Shown piece after piece: positions 56,639 through 64,000 of a stretch of 64,000 bases of DNA (position 1 is the stretch's first letter; each line of letters begins with the position of its first letter). Origin of the DNA: a virus (Duplodnaviria > Caudoviricetes); the IMG/VR virus record IMGVR_UViG_3300036713_000599. The stretch is one strand, 5' to 3'. The notes beneath the pieces are model-generated. The model saw only the letters and a list, made by a program, of their open reading frames with translations, was not told where the DNA came from and ran no database searches. The position numbers and the translations under genes were made by a program.

Positions 56639-59600
56639 GTGGTCGAAAAACGCAACAAGGGTGTAGCCTCGTTAGTTCGGACTGTCGGCCGTGAGGCTAA
56701 GCGGTCTCAGTCCAAGGTCGATTCGAGCGGGGCTCCCAAAATATTTTCGATTCTCGACTACATTGAGGCTCCTTGGGGAATTGGTATGAGCCTGTTCCCT
56801 GCCCAGAGGGTCATTGTTAAACTGTACTACAATTTGCCTCTTGACGAGAAATTACCTGAAGAGGACCATCGTCAGATTAAGATACGGGACATGTTCGGTG
56901 AGAAAGTTCTGTACACTCTCACTGAACGTGAGTACTTGACCTATTTGTATAACGAAGGTCGATGTAACATTGGTGAGCAGGACCACATGCGTCGAGAGTT
57001 GGTCCTTGCAGTCGGTCGCCGTAGCGGGAAATGTGTGTGCCATGATTCTTTGGTTTTGACGGACAAAGGGGTGTTCCAAATTGGTGATTTGGCTGAAGCT
57101 CATGAGGATGACTTTTCGTCATTTGATGTGGGAGTGGTCCAAGAGAAAAGTCGTCGAGCCAGGTCTACTCATTTCTATAATGGTGGCGTGAGGCCGATTT
57201 TTTGTGTGAAAAGCGAGTCTGGTTATTCTATTAAGGGTACAGGGAATCATCGCGTCCGAGTCATGTCCAAGTCAGGCCAGGTGGTGTGGAAGTACCTGGA
57301 CGACATCCGACCTGGTGACTATCTAGCGATCAACAGAACTACGGATCTGTGGGCCTCGGATCTTGTGGATCTTAGGCCATTCCATGACGTGGTTGGCTGC
57401 GAGGAATCGAGCCTGCCCGACCTTTTTGATGAAAAGTGGGGCCGCTTTTTTGGCTACTTGGTGGGTGACGGTAGCTGGAACTACAGTGAGAATCCTGAGA
57501 CACGAGAACGTCTCGGTGAGTTGTATGGTACCCTTTTCGGACTCCATTCGACCTGTACGGGTAAGGGGGTGGAGAATGCCAGGTGTGTTCGGTTTGACGG
57601 TGTGTACCAGTTCTTGGCTAGTCTTGGGTGGGTGGCTGGCTGTGAACGACATGCTAGGACGGTTCCTTGGGCAGTTCTTCGTTCTCCGAGGCATGTTGTG
57701 TGTGCCTTTCTGCGAGGGCTTTTTGAGACAGGCGGCTCAGTGGAGAGCGGGGGAAAACGTATTACATTTTCGACGGCTAGTTTTCGCCTAGTCCGTGAAG
57801 TACAGACCCTTCTTTTGAATCTAGGGATTGTTTGCAGTAGGCGGGTTCGTGAGACTGGTGGGTATCGTGCCGTCCTGAGTGTAAAAGGTTTGAGGTCGCG
57901 GCAACGGTTCGCTAAGTTTGTTGGATTTGACTCTAAGAAGAAACAAGACTTGTTGCTCGAAGCTCTTGAGTGCGCCCAGGAAGGGAATCCAGGTACTGTT
58001 GTGCCTCACCAGCACACAAGAGCCCGGGATTTACTGAATTCAGTCCCACGACTTGAGGGCAACAAGTCGTGCAGACGTCGCCATCTTCGACAAGCCCTCG
58101 GTAGTGTGATTGAGCCTGGTTCGGGTGGAGGCTCGACCTACTCTCGGATGTACGCAGTTGTCGAGGTAGCTAAAGAGCAGGGCGCTGGGAGGCGGGAGAT
58201 TGCCCATTTCGAAGAACTGCTTCATCAAGACTATTTTTTCGATCCTGTGGTATCCGTCGAAGAAGGGGAGGATCAGGTATACGATTTGGTTGTACCTGAC
58301 GGGAAGTCTTTTGTGGCAAATGGTCTAACCAACCACAACACAGCCCTTTCCGGTATTTTCGCAAGTTACGAGGTCTACAGGCTACTCAACTTGTACAACC
58401 CTCAGGAGTACTTTGGGCTGCCGAACGGTAACCGTATTCAGCTTATCAGTATTGCTACGGATAAGGACCAGGCAGGGTTGTTGTTCAATGAAGTGACTAG
58501 CCACATAGCGAAATGTGACTATTTTGCTCCCTACCTTGCGAGTAATACACAGGGTTGGGTAAACTTTCGTACACCGTACGACATCGAGAAATACGGCCCA
58601 AATATTCGACAGGAGGACGGTAAGTTTGTATCCCTCAACGGGAAAGCGTCTTTAAGGGTCACGTTCAAATCTTGTATCGCTAAAGGGCTTCGTGGATCGG
58701 GCAACATTGTCATTATTCTCGATGAGGTCGCCCATTTTCTAGACAAGGGCGGTAGCTCTGCAAAAGAGATCTACGAAGCGGTGACACCCTCGAAGGCTGC
58801 TTTTTCTAGGAAGGACCCCAAAACTAAACGTGCGTGGGTCGATCCAGATACAGGCGAGGTGGCCCCTGTTGAGTCCCGAGTTATTTTGATCTCTAGCCCG
58901 CTCGGCAAGTCAGGTAAATTTTACGAGAAGTTCCAACAGGCTATGGGTGGAGGTGAGGGTTCAGAAAATATTCTCGCCATCCAGGCCCCCACTTGGGAGG
59001 TCAACCCTACCGTTCCTTCGAGCGCCTTTCGGGAGGCGTATCACGCTGACCCTCATACGTATGCTACTGAATATGGGGCTAATTTCAGTGATCAGTCTGT
59101 TGGGTGGATTGAGCGGCAGGGAGATCTTCTGGCGTGTGTTGATCCCGAAAGAAGGCCTCTTTTGCGGGGGCGCCCTAGGGCACCTCATCAGATGGGTATC
59201 GATGTTGGGCTTGTGGACGACGGCACTGCTGTCGTCATTACTCATATTGAAGACGACAAGGTTGTCCTCGACTATCACGAGATATGGTATGCGGGAAAGG
59301 ATTGGCGGGAAACAAATCCGCATTTGGGTTCGAACTTTACGACGGATTATGCTAAGACTCTCAGTGACGTGGAGCGTTTGGACTTCGACGCCATTGCTGA
59401 CTGGATCTCTACCCTGTGTTCTCGTTTCCATATCACAGCTGGACTATTCGATCGGTGGAACGGTATTCCACTTGAGCAGACATTGCATAAGCGAGGACTT
59501 AAGCAATTTAATGCCCAATTCTTTACCAGAGACGCCACCTCTAAGCTTTTTCAGACGACCAAACTCATGATGTTTGACGAATGTTTGGATTTTTATGACT

Positions 59601-59956
59601 ATCCTGTCCCGGAGACAGGCCCCGAAGACGAACGGCACTCGGGCCTTATTCGAGAGCTTTTCTCTCTCCAGTCTAAGCAGATCAGTAAGAATGTTGTCGT
59701 CGTGGAGGCCCCGAAGCGGCGTGGGGCACACGATGACATGAGCGATGCTTTAGTCAGAAGTATTTGGTTGAGTGTGGAGGCCATGCTTAACTCCAAGCAT
59801 GCCTCTAGGGGACGTTCCAGTACGAATCGACTTCGTACTGTTTCTGCCATGACTCCGTCAAGATATCAAGCGATTAGGTCGAGACGTCGCGGTAGAGGAG
59901 ATCGTGTAGCTCCGACACCTCGATCGTTTGTCAGGGGAGGTTTTCGTGGCACATAA
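56639..59956 (+). CDS. terL: Terminase large subunit with intein (669 aa after splicing)
   Basis: Walker A VGRRSGK|T, Walker B IILDEVAHF, ISSP coupling motif, nuclease GIDVG and HDDMSDA. Confidence 0.92.
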   Translation: MVEKRNKGVASLVRTVGREAKRSQSKVDSSGAPKIFSILDYIEAPWGIGMSLFPAQRVIVKLYYNLPLDEKLPEEDHRQIKIRDMFGEKVLYTLTEREYLTYLYNEGRCNIGEQDHMRRELVLAVGRRSGKCVCHDSLVLTDKGVFQIGDLAEAHEDDFSSFDVGVVQEKSRRARSTHFYNGGVRPIFCVKSESGYSIKGTGNHRVRVMSKSGQVVWKYLDDIRPGDYLAINRTTDLWASDLVDLRPFHDVVGCEESSLPDLFDEKWGRFFGYLVGDGSWNYSENPETRERLGELYGTLFGLHSTCTGKGVENARCVRFDGVYQFLASLGWVAGCERHARTVPWAVLRSPRHVVCAFLRGLFETGGSVESGGKRITFSTASFRLVREVQTLLLNLGIVCSRRVRETGGYRAVLSVKGLRSRQRFAKFVGFDSKKKQDLLLEALECAQEGNPGTVVPHQHTRARDLLNSVPRLEGNKSCRRRHLRQALGSVIEPGSGGGSTYSRMYAVVEVAKEQGAGRREIAHFEELLHQDYFFDPVVSVEEGEDQVYDLVVPDGKSFVANGLTNHNTALSGIFASYEVYRLLNLYNPQEYFGLPNGNRIQLISIATDKDQAGLLFNEVTSHIAKCDYFAPYLASNTQGWVNFRTPYDIEKYGPNIRQEDGKFVSLNGKASLRVTFKSCIAKGLRGSGNIVIILDEVAHFLDKGGSSAKEIYEAVTPSKAAFSRKDPKTKRAWVDPDTGEVAPVESRVILISSPLGKSGKFYEKFQQAMGGGEGSENILAIQAPTWEVNPTVPSSAFREAYHADPHTYATEYGANFSDQSVGWIERQGDLLACVDPERRPLLRGRPRAPHQMGIDVGLVDDGTAVVITHIEDDKVVLDYHEIWYAGKDWRETNPHLGSNFTTDYAKTLSDVERLDFDAIADWISTLCSRFHITAGLFDRWNGIPLEQTLHKRGLKQFNAQFFTRDATSKLFQTTKLMMFDECLDFYDYPVPETGPEDERHSGLIRELFSLQSKQISKNVVVVEAPKRRGAHDDMSDALVRSIWLSVEAMLNSKHASRGRSSTNRLRTVSAMTPSRYQAIRSRRRGRGDRVAPTPRSFVRGGFRGT
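57032..58339 (+). mobile_element. Intein in TerL Walker A (436 aa, LAGLIDADG)
   Basis: Starts CVCHDSLV, ends NGLTNHN, +1 Thr; FGYLVGDG and FLRGLFETGG. Confidence 0.92.
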
Positions 59957-60191
59957 AACTCCGCTCACCTTTGCCGACAAGTCAATTCGTCAATTCGCTG
60001 ATAACATGTTTGGTGAATCTCTCATGATTCTGCCGGCCGACTATCTGTTGATGCGCACAGTGTTTCGTCATTTGAGGGGTACATGGGAGGCCGTGTTTGT
60101 CGGTGACGTGAAGCAGGTGGGTCTCCTTAGCAAGGTTGTTCAGACTTGGGGGAATAACAAGAAGGATCAGCGAAAGATACAGGTGGCTTGA
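59928..60191 (+). CDS. Hypothetical protein
   Basis: Fills the gap between terL and the next gene with overlaps at both ends. Confidence 0.55.
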   Translation: MSGEVFVAHKTPLTFADKSIRQFADNMFGESLMILPADYLLMRTVFRHLRGTWEAVFVGDVKQVGLLSKVVQTWGNNKKDQRKIQVA

Positions 60192-60709
60192 TGCCGGAGG
60201 TAGTTCGAGATCGGGATCTGATCATTTTTAAGAAGGGTGATGCGTATACTGTGGCAGTCAGTGGCGCTACTGCCCAGCAGGGTTGGGTCGGAGGCCAGGG
60301 CGGCCAATGGTTCGACTCTTCGTGTGATCGGTTCACCGTGGAGCTTACGGACGGTGCGGCTAACGGCTTTTTTCTGCGTGGTTCTGACGAGGATGGTGAT
60401 AAATACACTTCGATGACTCGGAATCAGCCCTATTATCGCTACTGTGTTTTCGGATTTGGTGGGTGGCTCGTGGCTACCCGATCTTTTGAGAGGTATACTT
60501 ACGCGAGTCGGCTTTCTGGTCCTCTTGTCGAGAATACTTATCAGGAGCAGGACGAGGTGGTTTTCTCTTTACGTGGGTTGTTCACAACAGAGGATGAGTG
60601 GACTCTGTCTGGTGACCCTCGTGCTCCGAACACTAATGTGGTTGGTGTGGTGGTCAAATCACCTTCAGATTTGACCGGCAACTATATCACCTTGCAGGTA
60701 AGGATCTGA
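60191..60709 (+). CDS. Putative head decoration/structural protein, paralog 1
   Basis: Shares DAYTVAV, GWVGGQG, GSDEDGD, GPLV and SLRG blocks with the next gene. Confidence 0.7.
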   Translation: MPEVVRDRDLIIFKKGDAYTVAVSGATAQQGWVGGQGGQWFDSSCDRFTVELTDGAANGFFLRGSDEDGDKYTSMTRNQPYYRYCVFGFGGWLVATRSFERYTYASRLSGPLVENTYQEQDEVVFSLRGLFTTEDEWTLSGDPRAPNTNVVGVVVKSPSDLTGNYITLQVRI

Positions 60710-61221
60710 TGGTTGAGATCTTCCGTTCTCGTGACTGCGTCGTCTTTTATAAGGATGATGCCTATACTGTGGCGGTCGACGACACGCTTGTGTCAGAGGG
60801 CTGGGTTGGGGGCCAAGGAGTCCAGTGGGTAGCCTCCTCTTCGGAGTTCACTGTGACTCGGTCTATCGGCTTCTTTGGTGGATTTCTTGTGTGGGGTTCT
60901 GACGAGGATGGTGACAGATATACGGCTGTCACTCAAAATCAGCTATATTATCGTTTCGCTACAATGCTTTCTGGGGCCTGTCTTATCAGCACCTCCACGT
61001 ATGAACAACATACGTGGTCTTCTCGTCAGGCAGGGCCCTTGGTACCTAACACCTTCGCTGCGAACCAGAAGTTGTACTTATCTCTCCGTGGTTACTGGAC
61101 CCCAGAGGATGAATTGTCGGCGTCAGGGCACCCAAGTGCTCCCGCCCCTCTTGCTGGTGTTGTTGCCCGACTACCCAAGGCCCAGAATGGTTGGTCCCTT
61201 GGGATCCAGACGGTGATGTGA
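60709..61221 (+). CDS. Putative head decoration/structural protein, paralog 2
   Basis: Tandem paralog of 60191-60709; TGATG coupling. Confidence 0.7.
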   Translation: MVEIFRSRDCVVFYKDDAYTVAVDDTLVSEGWVGGQGVQWVASSSEFTVTRSIGFFGGFLVWGSDEDGDRYTAVTQNQLYYRFATMLSGACLISTSTYEQHTWSSRQAGPLVPNTFAANQKLYLSLRGYWTPEDELSASGHPSAPAPLAGVVARLPKAQNGWSLGIQTVM

Positions 61222-61685
61222 TGTTGCGTAGGCCACAAGATCGTGCACACACACTCCAGGAAAAAGAAGACTTCGATCGTCGGCAGGCGAGGGAGATCCA
61301 GTCAGAAATAATCGAAATTCAGAAGATTCGGGGCGAACTGGAGTCCCTTGCTACCAGGCTGCAGGAGCAGTGCGACAGGTTGCGGACCCGTGTGCGCCTG
61401 ACTGCCAGCCTTGATGCGAATCCTGTGGTCACATACACGAACGCGAATATTCGTATGGCAGGCGTGGTTCTCCAGGTGTCGAGGCGTACGGCTTCCTTAG
61501 ATAGGGTTCTAAGGATTGGCGAGGCCGAGAAACGCGAGCAAGAACGGTTGGACGCTCAGAGACAGAGGCGCGAAGAACGGGTACTGCGAGAGGCTGAGAA
61601 CAGCCGAAGAATACAGGGGTCAGGCAACGACTTCGAGGAGTTGTTCGGAGACTTCGATTACGAGGAGGGCGTGAGTGATGCCTGA
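61221..61685 (+). CDS. Coiled-coil protein
   Basis: TGATG coupling; R/E/Q-rich helices. Confidence 0.65.
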   Translation: MLRRPQDRAHTLQEKEDFDRRQAREIQSEIIEIQKIRGELESLATRLQEQCDRLRTRVRLTASLDANPVVTYTNANIRMAGVVLQVSRRTASLDRVLRIGEAEKREQERLDAQRQRREERVLREAENSRRIQGSGNDFEELFGDFDYEEGVSDA

Positions 61686-63489
61686 TAACCCATACACCAA
61701 CGCAAGCCACACTCCCCGGTACTCTGCACAGACTAGGGTTCGGGCGACTCCTCAGGCACAGCCGTACGTGGCTCAGAAGTTCTCAAGTCAACTCACACCC
61801 AAGGAACGTTTGGCACGGCAACAGGCTAGGACGGCGAACTGTTTTGGTGGTGGGGGCTATTCCGGTGGAGGGATGGGCATGAACACCACCATGAGCGGAA
61901 ACAACAACTTCTTCTCTGTTCAGCTTTCAACAGACTTTTTGGAGCTGCCTCAATCTATTCGCGAGTGGCGGGAAATTTACCGTCATTTTTATAACAACGA
62001 CGAGATTGTAGGGCAGGCCATAGACCTACATACAGAACTTCCGCTTTCCAAGGTCCGGCTCACTCCTCCGAAGCCTCGCACGTGCCCTGAAGGTTTTGAG
62101 AATCCTCATGATTACGCTAAATACATCCTCAGTAGATTTCAGCGGATGTGTGACCGTGTTCGCCTTTTCAGTAACCTGATCACAATCGTCCACCATTATT
62201 GGTTGGACGGGGTCACGGCGATCTTTGCGGAAGATGGTGTTGTTGACGTACCTCAGGATATAGGGTACAGTTCACAAAAGAAGGTGAAATCCGTTCTGCT
62301 GGATGACGGCACACCTGTCGAGCAAGAGGAGTATGTTTGGGTTGAGAGATCAGACAAAGAAGACCAGGAATTAGCTTACTACCAGAAGCACTATCAAGGG
62401 TGGGAGAAGTTGATAGTGCTTCCGATCGATCAGGTCAAGATTACGACCTTTTCCTTCACGAATAAGACTAAGATGGAACTGATTCCTTCCGATCGCGATC
62501 GTCGTTTGGTTGAGCAGGCGTACGCAGGGGATCCGACAGCGGAGGAAGTACTTCAAGAGATCCCGGAAGAAGTTCGAGCACATATCGAGCAAAACCAGCT
62601 CATTCCTCTTGGGACTGACCCCGACGAAGGTAGCTTTGTGTACCTGCTCTCTGGCCGTAAGGGTGCCGACGATGAGCTAGGACAGAGTATCCTTCGGCGA
62701 TGTATGCGGACGTTGTTGTACAGAGACAAGCTTCGCCAGGCTCAGACGAGCATCGCTTCTCGGGCGATGACTCCGAAAAGGGTTGTGTGGGCGGAGGGCT
62801 TGAGTGACACCGACGTCGAGGATCTTCGTGAGCAGGTCGATTTGTCGTTGGTTGATCCTGATTACACTATTGTCGCTAACTACGAGATTCATTGGGAGGA
62901 GATGGGGGCTCGTGACCGTCTTCTGGACTTGAGTGTGGAGTATGAGCAAACAGAAAGACGGCTCATTACTGGGTTGGGTGTCACTGAGTCCCTTATGAGC
63001 GGAGAATCTCTCTACAGTGGTGACCGTGTGAAGTTGGAAGTTATCAACCAGCGGTATCTCCATCTACGTGATCGGGTCCAGGAGTATGTCGAGGACTTTC
63101 TCTTTAAGCCAGTGGCTAGACGGATGGGGTTTGTCGAGAAGGATAAGTGGGGCCAGGAAGTCATACTGTACCCTAAGTTAAGCTTCACTCGCCAACCACT
63201 CCGAGACAGCCAGGATTATTTTGACGCTATCTTTAACATGTACCAGAAGGGCTCGATCAGTGTGGATCTTGTGCTTGAGGCTCTCGGTATCGATCCGGAC
63301 GATACTCGCGTCAAGCTCGAAGAGGACATGCTTACGGTCAATGACGCCACCTTTAATGAGGTCCTGCGGGGCGTTTATTCTGAGGTTGGTCGTATGATCC
63401 CTGAGAAGACTGACGTGGTTGACAGGGTTGCCAAGTATATGGACCTGAAGATGAAAGAGGCCGGGGAGGAAGAAGGCGGTCGATACTGA
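61678..63489 (+). CDS. Portal protein
   Basis: YRHFYNNDEIVGQAIDLHTELP, G.SILRR, position downstream of terL, about 600 aa. Confidence 0.75.
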   Translation: MPDNPYTNASHTPRYSAQTRVRATPQAQPYVAQKFSSQLTPKERLARQQARTANCFGGGGYSGGGMGMNTTMSGNNNFFSVQLSTDFLELPQSIREWREIYRHFYNNDEIVGQAIDLHTELPLSKVRLTPPKPRTCPEGFENPHDYAKYILSRFQRMCDRVRLFSNLITIVHHYWLDGVTAIFAEDGVVDVPQDIGYSSQKKVKSVLLDDGTPVEQEEYVWVERSDKEDQELAYYQKHYQGWEKLIVLPIDQVKITTFSFTNKTKMELIPSDRDRRLVEQAYAGDPTAEEVLQEIPEEVRAHIEQNQLIPLGTDPDEGSFVYLLSGRKGADDELGQSILRRCMRTLLYRDKLRQAQTSIASRAMTPKRVVWAEGLSDTDVEDLREQVDLSLVDPDYTIVANYEIHWEEMGARDRLLDLSVEYEQTERRLITGLGVTESLMSGESLYSGDRVKLEVINQRYLHLRDRVQEYVEDFLFKPVARRMGFVEKDKWGQEVILYPKLSFTRQPLRDSQDYFDAIFNMYQKGSISVDLVLEALGIDPDDTRVKLEEDMLTVNDATFNEVLRGVYSEVGRMIPEKTDVVDRVAKYMDLKMKEAGEEEGGRY

Positions 63490-63510
63490 TTCTATTCGCA
63501 GGTAAGATCA

Positions 63511-64000
63511 ATGATGGATCTCAGGGCAAAGAAGACGGAGTCGGAACGAGAGGACGAAGAAGCGGAGCGTTTAATCCGCGAAAGCCCTAAGCAGAGGCCC
63601 CCTCGTCGTGACCGACGGCGAGAGCGTATGGATACTTCTGAGGGAGACAAAGACAGAGATCTTAGCCTCAATTACAAAGATGTGGGTGGTTCTGCCTGTG
63701 TGGTTCGCCATTTCGTAAATTCTACTTATCTGAGGGGGTTGGCGATGGGACGTAGATTAGAGAGAGATGCTGTATACCACGGGGTCGCACCTTATAAGGA
63801 GGACCCCGGCCCTTATCCAGGGTGGGGGCCTGCCCACCAGAGGGATATAGGGGAAAGGGATTTTCAGATTATTCTGAAGAGCGCAGAGAATTGGCTACAG
63901 GCTCCGGTGCTCTCTCGTCACATTGAGGGGATGTTGCCGGACACCAGACTTCGTGCGGCTCTCGACCTTGCTATTCAGGCAAGTCCTTATAATCGTGCCA
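63511..64000 (+). CDS. Hypothetical protein, truncated by the window end (not in ORF track)
   Basis: Translated by hand, open to the end: MMDLRAKKTESEREDEEAERLIRESPKQRPPRRDRRR... Confidence 0.7.
   Translation, partial: MMDLRAKKTESEREDEEAERLIRESPKQRPPRRDRRRERMDTSEGDKDRDLSLNYKDVGGSACVVRHFVNSTYLRGLAMGRRLERDAVYHGVAPYKEDPGPYPGWGPAHQRDIGERDFQIILKSAENWLQAPVLSRHIEGMLPDTRLRAALDLAIQASPYNRA

Overview
This window looks like part of a very large (jumbo) tailed-phage genome; no rRNA, CRISPR array or host housekeeping operons are present. Bases 1-21 kb form a mixed-orientation accessory and regulatory region. It holds a CX5R phosphatase, a papain-like protease opposite a Cys-rich lipoprotein, dCTP deaminase, a J-domain protein, two sigma-like genes, a DNA methyltransferase, a GIY-YIG nuclease, virion-type proteins and two nuclease-less IS200/IS605 (IscB-type) remnants. 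It also holds a promoter-led tmRNA-like structured RNA and an intact Cph1/Rcp1-type two-component cassette. Bases 21-51 kb are a tightly coupled + strand replication/recombination block: GroEL, clamp-loader delta', delta and gamma/tau, class II RNR with two inteins, LigA, RecD2, SSB, RuvC, RecA, split SbcC plus SbcD, a PD-(D/E)XK nuclease, a beta clamp, a primase core, a NusG-5'-3' exonuclease fusion and a sigma-4 protein. Bases 51-64 kb are head morphogenesis genes, including intein-containing TerL and portal. Reading by eye also revealed at least two conserved phage promoter classes (CCGAAC-N16-CGTA-N-TAC; GGTGTA-N10-start codon), recurrent protein-level signals (DRxASSD, ITARVVxRYL, MD[VA]FD[LI]MM) and one gene interrupted by an in-frame amber codon. 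All family calls come from recognising motifs by eye; no database searches were run.
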